Shown here: one piece after another, positions 1 through 10,143 of the stretch
Layout of the letters: the number at the start of each line of letters is the position of its first letter
How positions within the stretch are numbered: position 1 is the first letter of the stretch
Position numbers and translations under genes: made by a program
The notes under the pieces: generated by a model
What the model saw: only the letters and a program-made list of their open reading frames with translations
The model's database searches: none
What the model was told of the DNA's origin: nothing
DNA from: Rhodothermales bacterium
GTDB lineage: Bacteria; Bacteroidota; Rhodothermia; Rhodothermales; Bin80
DNA: 64,000 nucleotides
Reading direction: 5' to 3'
Assembly (NCBI GenBank): GCA_965215475.1
Contig: OZ244061.1
Location: 3,431,282-3,495,281, forward strand

Positions 1-2
1 TT

Positions 3-806
3 CGTGATGATTGGGTTGGTAACCCAAGACATATCTATCCCACGGCCCTTCATCGACAGCTGCATATTCGACAGGAGCGACAGGTTTTGACACAATCATC
101 GGCAATTACGACGATCAATCACCCAATTCGGGATGCCTTAAAAAAAAGACATTCTGATATAAATATAAGGTCGGAAGTGATTCCCCATGGATTTGAGGAA
201 TACGAATTTCCTACAAAAATATCTGCTGGTGAAAAGCTGAAACTTGTTTATACAGGTATTTTTTATGATGCGCAGACGCCGGAGTATTTTTTGAGAGGCA
301 TCAGCGAATTTTTAAGAAGGAAGCCTGAAATTCGCTCTAAAATCTCAGCCATCTTTGCTGGCCTGGTGCCGAATACGTTCACGGATCTAATTCGGACCCT
401 GAAATTAGAAGACGTTGTTCAATACCTAGGATACGTAGAACATGCCCGTGTCATTGAATTGCAACAGGAAGCAGATGTATTGTGGATGGCCATTGGCAGC
501 AGACCAGGCTCAGGCTCGTCAGGTATCTCGACAGGCAAACTATATGAGTATATGGGGACAAGGAAACCAATACTGGCACTAATTCCACCAGGAACTGCTC
601 GTCAAACTTTACAACGCTATGGCGCGGCATACATAGCCGAACCGGAAAGCGAGCCCGATATTATTCAAGTCCTAAAGAAACTAACGACGGACTGGGAGAA
701 ACAGGAATTTCCAAGGCCAGATGAATCTTTTGTATCTACGTTCAGTCGGAATCGTCTGACAGAAACGCTAGCAGGTGTATTGGATTCTGTAATCAAAGCG
801 ACCTAG
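3..806 (+). CDS. glycosyltransferase (GT-B/GT4-like), C-terminal part; 5' end outside the window
   Basis: The frame of track ORF 87..806 stays open back to base 3 (RDDWVGNPRHIYP...), so the TTG at 87 is probably internal. The C-terminal region resembles GT1/GT4 (STGKLYEYMGTRKPILAL). Confidence 0.55.
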   Translation, partial: RDDWVGNPRHIYPTALHRQLHIRQERQVLTQSSAITTINHPIRDALKKRHSDINIRSEVIPHGFEEYEFPTKISAGEKLKLVYTGIFYDAQTPEYFLRGISEFLRRKPEIRSKISAIFAGLVPNTFTDLIRTLKLEDVVQYLGYVEHARVIELQQEADVLWMAIGSRPGSGSSGISTGKLYEYMGTRKPILALIPPGTARQTLQRYGAAYIAEPESEPDIIQVLKKLTTDWEKQEFPRPDESFVSTFSRNRLTETLAGVLDSVIKAT

Positions 807-818
807 GGTTGGTAGTAT

Positions 819-1226
819 ATGCGCCAGAAAAAGCTTGAATTAGAGTTGTCGTCTACGTTTAAAGATCTGGACAATGCAGTTGAGGCTTTACAGGATTTTG
901 TCCCTACGCTTGATCTTGAAGAAAACTTAGCCTATCGGGTCATCTTGCTTGCGAGTGAAGCATTGACGAATGCAATGGAACATGGAAATAAATGGGATAA
1001 AGAGAAAAAAACAATCCTTTATCTGGGCAAGGAGGGAGATCAGATCGAGTTAACGGTGACCGATGAGGGCGATGGGATTTTCTGGACAGAACGAGATCCG
1101 TTGACGGAGGCAAATCGATTGGCTGATCATGGTCGGGGGCAGTATTTCATGCGAACCATGGCAGATGAGGTTCATGTTGAGAGTCACGGTCGCAGAATCC
1201 GTTTGATATTTTTCTGTCAAACTTAG
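819..1226 (+). CDS. anti-sigma regulatory factor, serine-protein kinase (RsbW/SpoIIAB-like GHKL ATPase)
   Basis: 135 aa with N-box EALTNAMEHGN, G1 DEGDGI and G2 GRGQYFM, typical of small anti-sigma kinases. Confidence 0.7.
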   Translation: MRQKKLELELSSTFKDLDNAVEALQDFVPTLDLEENLAYRVILLASEALTNAMEHGNKWDKEKKTILYLGKEGDQIELTVTDEGDGIFWTERDPLTEANRLADHGRGQYFMRTMADEVHVESHGRRIRLIFFCQT

Positions 1227-1988
1227 TCTGCTAGGAGGCATCCATAAGTAATACCCCATTTAGCGTGATAAGGGTTGAACCAAAAAAGCAATGATGTCAC
1301 GACCAGCGGCTTGCCGCTTTCATCTGAACTACCTGTACAATTGCGTACGAAATGCGAAAAATGGAGGCAGAGCGTATCTGGATCTACTTAGATATTTTAT
1401 CTGAAACGTGTGTCATTGTAAAAACTCTGTATGCGCTTACTACTAATGGATCTCTTGTTGTATTTTTGTAGCGTACTGTTCGTGTTGAGTGTCAAAAATC
1501 TACCAGAAGAGTAATAACGAGAAAATCTAAAAAATGCAAAACTTAACGCAGGATATAAAAATTGCAGATTTTCTTTCTCACACAAACGATTCCAACTGAA
1601 TCCCAAGCAAATACACTTGATGTAACTAGTAAAGGAGGTTCTTGCAATCACCGGGTAGCTTTTTACTACTTTTTTACATATCGGGAAAATGCCTGTCAAA
1701 CAACAATGCAAAATTCTTAGGAATAGATCTAGTATATGTGAGTATTGAACTCAGTCGAACAATTAAAAGTGAGCAGAATCAATGACTGATCTTGTTGTTT
1801 ACCATTGCTCGTGATCGTATCCATTACAAGCAGATTCACTGCTCTGATGTAACCACCGAGCCGAGTAAGATAGATTCAAGTAATGGCTACACGTCCTGAG
1901 TTCCTACGTGAACAGTTTGCATAATAGCCATGGAACAGTTTCAGTAGGATCAATCCCATGAACTGCCGTTAGGTAATTCTTCAAAGCC

Positions 1989-2768
1989 ATGCAACAAGAA
2001 TACTTTATATGCACGGGAGATATCATTCCTGAAGATGATGAACTTGGAATGCCTGAAACTCCTCTCAGATATAGACAAGATGATTGGACTACAACCGTAG
2101 CTATTCGGTGCTCGAAAGTATTCATAAAAATAGAAGGGGATTGTAACGATGCTAATATTGATCCTCGTGCGCTACGTGATCTTGTATTCAGGGAATCTCA
2201 ATACATTGCTCAGATGTGGCTTTCAATAATCGGTTTTGTGGAAGGCGCCTCCTACTCAGTACGAATTTCTACAATTGAAGATTCTTCCGGTTGTATACGA
2301 GAGCTGGGAGCGAAACCCAAATTTGGATCTAGTGGTATAGATTTGGAAATTGAAAATGCAAAAGAGATTGCAGGTTTCGTTGCAGCATTATCAATTACAA
2401 ACGAGCATTTTCGAAAGGCTCTACGTGATTATATGATAGCCCTGAACTTTACATTAGACTCTCCATTTTTCCTATATCGCTCGCTGGAAACTCTATCCAA
2501 GCATTTTGATGGTGATTGGAACAAAATGCACCAATCGTTAGGAACTAGTCGATCAGCGATTGAAGAATTCATAAAAAGAGCTGCGGACGAGGTGCGTCAC
2601 GGTATATCATTAGATGAACAAACGTTGTTCAATGCATATCGCGGGCATTATGATGCGCTAAAGTATGTTAGAGACACGCTCCTTACTTTCCTCCTTAGGA
2701 ACAGTGAAACAAGTCTGGACATGCAAATACCCGAACTGCATCTACCTAACTCCCAACATGATTGCTAA
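1989..2768 (+). CDS. hypothetical protein, first gene of the PHP-ATPase operon
   Basis: 259-aa ORF that ends 15 nt before the next gene on the same strand. I recognise no motif, TM segment or signal peptide. Confidence 0.55.
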   Translation: MQQEYFICTGDIIPEDDELGMPETPLRYRQDDWTTTVAIRCSKVFIKIEGDCNDANIDPRALRDLVFRESQYIAQMWLSIIGFVEGASYSVRISTIEDSSGCIRELGAKPKFGSSGIDLEIENAKEIAGFVAALSITNEHFRKALRDYMIALNFTLDSPFFLYRSLETLSKHFDGDWNKMHQSLGTSRSAIEEFIKRAADEVRHGISLDEQTLFNAYRGHYDALKYVRDTLLTFLLRNSETSLDMQIPELHLPNSQHDC

Positions 2769-2783
2769 TTTTGGTACAAATAA

Positions 2784-5549
2784 ATGAATGAATGGAAATG
2801 GGAAGGCTCACGTTGGTGGAAGTTTGACTTCCACACACATACCCCTGCCTCTACTGATTATGGTAAAGGCCCAAATCAGTCAGCTTTGAGAAATGTTACA
2901 CCAAAAGAATGGCTACTTGACTACATGCGTGCAGGCATTGATTGCATTGCAATTACTGATCATAACAGCGGTATGTGGGTTGATCGAATCAAAGATGAAC
3001 TTGATCAACTGAAAGACGAATATCATGAAGATTTTAGGCCGATCTATGTGTTTCCTGGCGTAGAAATTTCGGTTCATGGCAATGTCCATCTTTTAGCGAT
3101 TTTTGGATGTGATAAAAAAACATCAGACATTGACTCTCTTCTTGGGAGGGTTCAATTTGACGGCGACAAAGGCTCAAGTAATGCTGTCACATGTCTTTCG
3201 TTAACTGAGGTTATTGATGTAGTTACTTCGGTAGGGGCAATAGCAATTCCTGCACACGTAGATAAAGAAAAGGGGCTTTTTAAGGCTGTTCAAGGTCAAA
3301 CATTGGAACAAGTGCTAGACAGAAAAGATATTTTTGCAATGGAGTTGATTGATCCTGATCACGAGAAACCGAGAATTTATTCCGATAAAAAGCTTGGATG
3401 GACAGAAGTGCTTGGAACAGACAGCCATCATCCATCTAACAATTCACAGAGGAAATTCCCAGGTAGTCACTTTACCTGGGTCAAAATGGGGGGGCCTAGC
3501 ATTGAAGGATTGCGCTTAGCATTGCTTGATGGGAATATGTCTGTGATTCGATCCGACAGGCGAGTAGGTAATCCAAATGATCATGCAAGAATGGTATTAG
3601 AATCCATGGAGGTTTTGCGGGCCCGTTATCTTGGTCGTAGAGAATCCTTTAAAATTGGGTTTAATCCGTGGCTCACCTCTGTTATCGGCGGGAGGGGAAC
3701 CGGTAAATCTACTCTTATTGAGTTTTTACGTACGGCTCTGCGAAGGACTGATGAGTTGCCGAATGGTTTAAAAGAGGAATTGGAGCAATATCAACAAATT
3801 TACTCCGGCAGGCAAGGAGGAGGTCTTCTTACAGATGAAACAGAGATCAAAATATGTTATCGGAAAGATGATTCTCGGTTTCGCATACAGTGGGCTCCAA
3901 GTGGGGGGCTTGGATCTATTGAAAAAGAGACTGAAAAAAAATGCTGGCATCCCGTCAAAGGAGATGTTTTACAGCGGTTTCCTGTAAGGATTTACAGTCA
4001 AAAACAGATATTTGAACTTGCAAAACAACCACTTGCCCTACTCAACATAATTGATGAATCTCAGAGAGTTAATCGTCGCTATTGGAACAAAAAATGGGAA
4101 ATTGAAGAAAGCAGGTTTCTCTCACTGCGTGCAAAAATTAGAGAATTGAGGGCAGGATTTCCCGAGGAATCCCGTCTTTCTGGTGAATTGGATGACATAG
4201 AAAGAAAACAGAGAATTTTTGAGCAGGCCGGATATGCTAGTATATTGCAGAATTTTCAAAAGTTACGTCGGCAGCAGCGTAGTATTGAGATTTGGGAGGA
4301 GAGCTGGGCAGATATTGCGGAGCAATTGCAGAAGATTGCAGATGAAATGGTTCCTGGCTACCTTGAAGATGAAACTTTTAAAGTAGAATTAAGTGTGGAT
4401 GCTGAATTGCAAGATCTTGCTAATTCAGTACGTGAACGCCTGAATGAATTATCCATGAAAACTGGATCCCTTGCTTCCCAAGCGAACAGCATCTTATCGC
4501 AATGGAAGATTGATAAGGACAAAACTTCTTGGAAACAAGAATTGATATCCATTGAGCAGGCCTATCAGCAACTCAAAAAAAACTTGGGAAAAGAGGAAGA
4601 AAATGGCCATGTCAGTTATGGTATGCTTGTTCAAAGAAGGCAGCTAATTGAGCGAGAACTTGCAGAAATTTCGGGATCCAAAGAATTAATCAAAGATCTT
4701 GAAAAACAGGCTGACGAGCAGTTGAATAAGATGATTAGAATCCGTAGAGAATTGACTGAAATTCGCCGAAATTTCTTAAATGAAGTTCTAGATGGAAATC
4801 AATACGTTCGCATAAGACTTATCCCTTATGGAGCAACGGATACAGTTGAATCGGAATTTCGTCAATTGCTTCAAAGAGAAGGTCCTATATTTGAGAAGGA
4901 TGTAGGTTCACCAAACGGTGGAGGATTACTCGGAGGTCTTTACATGGAAAATCTTGACTGCACTGAGAGTATCGAGAACAATCTTACCGAGCTAAAAAAC
5001 AAAATCAAAGATATTGCCTCTGGTAAGGGCAAATTTTCAGTTACAGATAAACGCTTTGCTGCACATGTTTCCAATCTCAATCCTGAGGTTATAGATCGCA
5101 TAGATGCGTGGTTTCCGAATGATTCTCTGGATGTCCAATACAATGCAACGGGGAAAGGCAACAATTTTCTCTCAATAGAAGAAGGTTCGCCTGGGCAAAA
5201 AACAGCTGCACTCCTAGCATTCCTCCTATCCTATGGAGATGAACCCCTGATCTTGGATCAACCAGAAGACGACCTTGATAATCTTTTGATATACGATTTG
5301 ATTGTGACCCAGTTAAGGAATATGAAACGTAGCAGGCAAATCATTGTAGTGACACATAACGCGAATATAGTTGTCAATGGTGATTCAGAACTTGTTGTTG
5401 CTCTTGCCACAAATCATGGTGAAACGAGAAAAGATTGCAACGGAAGCCTTCAAGAGAACAAGGTAAGAGAAACTATCTGTACAATTATGGAGGGAGGAAG
5501 TAAAGCATTTGAAGATCGCTATCGTCGTATTGCACCCACACAAAGATAA
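2784..5549 (+). CDS. PHP-domain phosphoesterase fused to a Rad50/SbcC-like ABC (SMC-type) ATPase; Ppl-like
   Basis: 921 aa. N-terminal PHP motifs: FDFHTHT, AITDHNS, PAHVD, GTDSHH. ATPase motifs: Walker A GGRGTGKST (nt 3687..3713), then about 300 aa of E/K/L/Q-rich coiled coil, signature-like SPGQKT, Walker B LILDQPEDDLD and H-loop VVTHNANIV. Confidence 0.85.
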   Translation: MNEWKWEGSRWWKFDFHTHTPASTDYGKGPNQSALRNVTPKEWLLDYMRAGIDCIAITDHNSGMWVDRIKDELDQLKDEYHEDFRPIYVFPGVEISVHGNVHLLAIFGCDKKTSDIDSLLGRVQFDGDKGSSNAVTCLSLTEVIDVVTSVGAIAIPAHVDKEKGLFKAVQGQTLEQVLDRKDIFAMELIDPDHEKPRIYSDKKLGWTEVLGTDSHHPSNNSQRKFPGSHFTWVKMGGPSIEGLRLALLDGNMSVIRSDRRVGNPNDHARMVLESMEVLRARYLGRRESFKIGFNPWLTSVIGGRGTGKSTLIEFLRTALRRTDELPNGLKEELEQYQQIYSGRQGGGLLTDETEIKICYRKDDSRFRIQWAPSGGLGSIEKETEKKCWHPVKGDVLQRFPVRIYSQKQIFELAKQPLALLNIIDESQRVNRRYWNKKWEIEESRFLSLRAKIRELRAGFPEESRLSGELDDIERKQRIFEQAGYASILQNFQKLRRQQRSIEIWEESWADIAEQLQKIADEMVPGYLEDETFKVELSVDAELQDLANSVRERLNELSMKTGSLASQANSILSQWKIDKDKTSWKQELISIEQAYQQLKKNLGKEEENGHVSYGMLVQRRQLIERELAEISGSKELIKDLEKQADEQLNKMIRIRRELTEIRRNFLNEVLDGNQYVRIRLIPYGATDTVESEFRQLLQREGPIFEKDVGSPNGGGLLGGLYMENLDCTESIENNLTELKNKIKDIASGKGKFSVTDKRFAAHVSNLNPEVIDRIDAWFPNDSLDVQYNATGKGNNFLSIEEGSPGQKTAALLAFLLSYGDEPLILDQPEDDLDNLLIYDLIVTQLRNMKRSRQIIVVTHNANIVVNGDSELVVALATNHGETRKDCNGSLQENKVRETICTIMEGGSKAFEDRYRRIAPTQR

Positions 5550-6790
5550 TGTTGAATAGTATCGAAGAGCTAATACGCAGGATACGTATGGGGGAGGACA
5601 GCTCACTTGAGCTTAAAGCGGTTGAATTTAAAGGAGATCGGATTGTTGGGCCATCTCGTGATAAACTCGCCGATGAAATTGCATCTATGGCCAATAAGCG
5701 CGACTGTGTAATTGTTTTAGGAGTAGACGATAAAACTCGTGAAATCATCGGTATACCTCTGATGCATATGGATGCCACTGAGCGGTATATCTATGAAATT
5801 TGCAACGACAGTATAACGCCGCCTGTGTCCTTTGACTTATTTCGTATGGAAATCCCTGACAATATAGGTGCCTCAAGATATATTATTAAGGTGGAAATCC
5901 CTCGTAGTCTCTTTGTCCATGAAAGCCCAGGCGGATATTTTCAGCGCCAAGGAAGTTCATTACGCAAAATGTCACCGGAAAATCTAGCCCGTCTATTCCA
6001 GCAACGCAGCCAAGCAAGACTGATTAGATTTGAAGAACAATCAGTTCCCCGATCAAGCGTAGACGATTTGCGTAAAGAATTATGGGAAAGGTATACGACA
6101 CGTTCCAGCGAGTCGTCAGATGTTGTTCTTCTGAAACGTTCTTTGTTAGCTAAAGAGGGAAATGGAGCCCCGGTTGCCTCAGTAGCAGGCATATTATTCT
6201 GCTGTGAATATCCAGAAAAATTTTTGCCTAGCGCGTTTATTGAAGCCGTACGCTATCGGGGAATCAAACAGGACACTAATTATCAGATTGATGCAAAAAG
6301 AATTCGCGGTCCGATCGATCAGCAGATAAGAGAAGTTATGATTTTTCTAAAGAAGAATCAGACTATTGGAGCTGTCAAGAACCCTCATCGCATTGAAACA
6401 CCACAGTTCAGCGAGCGAGCCGTATTTGAAGCTTTGGTTAATGCTGTGGCACATAGAGATTATTCAGTCTTTGGATCGAAAATACGATTCTTTATGTTTG
6501 ATGACAGATTGGAAATTTATTCACCGGGAGCTCTGCCCAACACCATAACCGTTGATGTCATACATCTTCGCCAATCGACACGAAATGAGCTGATTACTAG
6601 TTTGCTCGCAGAGACGCCAGTGGCAGAGACAATTGGGAATGTAGAGCGTGATTTTTATATGGAAAAACGCGGGGATGGGGTGCCGATTATAATAGATGAA
6701 AGCGAAAGGCTATCGGGTAAAAAGCCTGTCTACACACTCATCAATGATTCTGAACTCTTGCTGACTATTTATTCTGCGAAAACGAGTTGA
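5549..6790 (+). CDS. AlbA_2 (Schlafen-type) DNA-binding domain + HATPase_c_4 (RecG-C-like) protein
   Basis: 413 aa. The start overlaps the upstream stop (TAATG at 5547..5551). N-terminal GEDSSLELKAVEF...LADEIASMAN...VLGVDD is AlbA_2-like. C-terminal EALVNAVAHRDYS...IYSPGALPN is HATPase_c_4-like. Confidence 0.8.
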   Translation: MLNSIEELIRRIRMGEDSSLELKAVEFKGDRIVGPSRDKLADEIASMANKRDCVIVLGVDDKTREIIGIPLMHMDATERYIYEICNDSITPPVSFDLFRMEIPDNIGASRYIIKVEIPRSLFVHESPGGYFQRQGSSLRKMSPENLARLFQQRSQARLIRFEEQSVPRSSVDDLRKELWERYTTRSSESSDVVLLKRSLLAKEGNGAPVASVAGILFCCEYPEKFLPSAFIEAVRYRGIKQDTNYQIDAKRIRGPIDQQIREVMIFLKKNQTIGAVKNPHRIETPQFSERAVFEALVNAVAHRDYSVFGSKIRFFMFDDRLEIYSPGALPNTITVDVIHLRQSTRNELITSLLAETPVAETIGNVERDFYMEKRGDGVPIIIDESERLSGKKPVYTLINDSELLLTIYSAKTS

Positions 6791-7063
6791 ATACATCAAA
6801 ATTAATTCTAGAATGAGTCCGAAGTGACACATTAACTCCACAGGAAAATTCAAAGCTCGTTGAATAATGTCTTTACGAGAAGTTCTACTACCTGAAAAAT
6901 CGCCTTGCAAATTTCTCGGAATTATTTCGGTCATTGGTTAACTTTTCCGTTCGTGAAGGGGAATTTTTATTGAACTTTGATACAATTTTATTTTTTTTTG
7001 GGAAAAAGTTGGAACTTTTGAAAAATATGTCGTATTATAGTAGCAGTTGACACGATGTCCGTG

Positions 7064-7186
7064 CAGCTCATCGAGAAGGGTGGAGGGTTCAGGCCCTGTG
7101 AAGCCCTGGCAACCCCCCGCGAGGATTGGACCCCTCGTGCGGAAGGTGCCACTTCCTGCCCTGCGTTAGCGGGGATAGATGAGCGG
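7064..7186 (+). promoter_or_regulatory. SAM-I (S-box) riboswitch upstream of metY-metX
   Basis: The P1 arms CTCATC (7067..7072) and GATGAG (7178..7183) enclose the conserved core GAGAAGGGTGGAGGGTTCAGGCCCTGTGAAGCCCTGGCAACC ... AAGGTGCCACTTCCTGCC. It lies 137 nt upstream of a methionine-biosynthesis operon. Confidence 0.85.
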
Positions 7187-7319
7187 AGGGGCCTGAGTTA
7201 ATCTAACTCTTCGTCCAGCCTTTTCCGTCATCTTACCTGGAAGGGGTTCTATGGGAAAAGCCAGTTTCTTCTTGATAGGGGTTCGGCATTGTGCATTACC
7301 CTTAACAAACGAGGCTTAA

Positions 7320-8654
<1,335 letters not shown>

Positions 8655-8718
8655 GATCTCATGATTTCTGCCAAGGCGGCGTATCCGATTTCCGGGTACG
8701 CCGCCTGGTGGCCAGCGA

Positions 8719-9780
8719 ATGCCAAGAATTATCAATATACCGACCTTTGAATTTGAGAATGGAGAAGTTCTGAGTGAAGTTCCTGTGGGGTACGAGCGCT
8801 GGGGAGAATTGAATGAAAGGAGAGACAATGTGATTGTTGTTGGGCATTCTCTTACCAGCACGCCAGACGCCCAGTCTTGGTGGCATGGGTGTATAGGCCC
8901 AGGCAAAGCATTGGATACAGACAAATATTATGTTGTATGTGCGAATGTGATTGGTTCTCCCTATGGCACGATTTCTCCAATCTCAATCAATCCAGAGACT
9001 GGTCTAGCTTATCGGGATACGCTTCCACAGGCAAGTATAAGAGATACGGTTCGGCTCCACAGAAAGCTCCTAGACTTCCTTGGTGTTCGTAAGATTGCAT
9101 TTGTAATTGGTGGAAGTATGGGGGGAATGCAGGCACTTGAATGGGCTTACTATGGCCGTGATTATGTTCGGGGAATTGTACCCATTGCGGTAGGAGGGCG
9201 ACACTCTTCATGGTGTATTGCATGGAGCGAGGCACAGCGACAGGCGATTTATTCAGATCCAAACTGGGAGAATGGTACCTACGAACTGGATTCTCCTCCT
9301 CAAAATGGACTAGCTGTAGCGCGCATGATGGCAATGATATCGTACCGATCGCTTGGGTCGTTTGAATCCCGATTCGGTCGGGGTAGAAATCGGGCCGGTT
9401 CCTTCAGAGCGGAAACCTGGCTTCATCATCATGGAGATAAGATTATTAACCGGTTTGATCCTGCCTGCTATGTATATCTGACCCGTTTGATGGATACGCA
9501 TGATGTCGCTCGGGATAGGGATGAGTATGAAGTTACCCTTGGGGCGATTACGCAGCCAACACTGGCGATTGGAATCCGCTCGGATGTTCTATATCTGCTT
9601 GAGGAATTGGAAGAACTTTGCCGATATATTCCACATTCGGAGTTAGCTGTCATGGAAGGGCTCCATGGTCACGACACGTTTTTGATAGATCAGGATGAGC
9701 TCAATGAGATGGTGTTGGTGTGGCGTCAACATCACATTGATCCACTTGTTGATTCAGTTGTAGGTTGTAAGGTAGGTTAA
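8719..9780 (+). CDS. metX: homoserine O-acetyltransferase
   Basis: 353 aa alpha/beta hydrolase with the nucleophile elbow GGSMGGMQALEW. The MetX-type N-terminus includes HSLTS...WW...IGPGKALDTDKYYVVCANVIGS. Confidence 0.9.
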   Translation: MPRIINIPTFEFENGEVLSEVPVGYERWGELNERRDNVIVVGHSLTSTPDAQSWWHGCIGPGKALDTDKYYVVCANVIGSPYGTISPISINPETGLAYRDTLPQASIRDTVRLHRKLLDFLGVRKIAFVIGGSMGGMQALEWAYYGRDYVRGIVPIAVGGRHSSWCIAWSEAQRQAIYSDPNWENGTYELDSPPQNGLAVARMMAMISYRSLGSFESRFGRGRNRAGSFRAETWLHHHGDKIINRFDPACYVYLTRLMDTHDVARDRDEYEVTLGAITQPTLAIGIRSDVLYLLEELEELCRYIPHSELAVMEGLHGHDTFLIDQDELNEMVLVWRQHHIDPLVDSVVGCKVG

Positions 9781-9821
9781 AGTCAATATGGTTGGGAGGT
9801 AGCAATCTGATTGACGATCAT

Positions 9822-9868
9822 TCCTGTCCCAGTTCCAGCGGATTGACTGTCCCAGTTCACCGGAATAC
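9822..9868 (-). repeat. short interspersed intergenic repeat (copy 1)
   Basis: TGTCCCAGTTCCAGCGGATTGAC followed by TGTCCCAGTTCACCGGAATAC. Its reverse complement aligns with 29580..29640 (GTATTCCrGTGA..GGCAGTCAATCCGCTGGAA..). Confidence 0.6.
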
Positions 9869-10143
9869 ATAACTAACGTTTCAGATTTTCTCGCCTCTGG
9901 GCAAACCAGCTCCTATTCTGTATAGGGCAGATAGAGATCTACGCGTTTCTTCTGTGGATCTATTGCTATCCAATCTACCTGCTAGTTCAAGTTCAAACCT
10001 AAGGTGTAGAGCGCATCATTGAAGTGATGACTGGGCCCTTCATAAAAATGATTCATATAGTTCACCGCAAAATTAACCATTCCAAATAAATTGTAGTAAA
10101 CTGGGTTCCTTTTACATTCAACATGAGGGGAGAGTAGCACTAA

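Noticed and set aside
1537-1547. An 11-nt exact match to the IS1634-type IR, considered as evidence of a third IS copy or solo end.
   Set aside because: The match does not extend beyond 11 nt and no second end is visible. It is too short to call a mobile-element remnant, so it is only mentioned as context in a finding.
1397-1711. A 104-aa minus-strand ORF in the long gap upstream of the candidate operon.
   Set aside because: The translation is low-complexity and Cys/Phe/Ser-rich, sits in AT-rich DNA and has no recognisable motif. It is most likely a chance ORF.
6710-6934. A 74-aa minus-strand ORF overlapping the 3' end of the AlbA_2 gene and the following spacer.
   Set aside because: It overlaps a well-supported gene, has no recognisable motif and lies in AT-rich intergenic DNA. 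There is not enough evidence for a small gene or an antitoxin.
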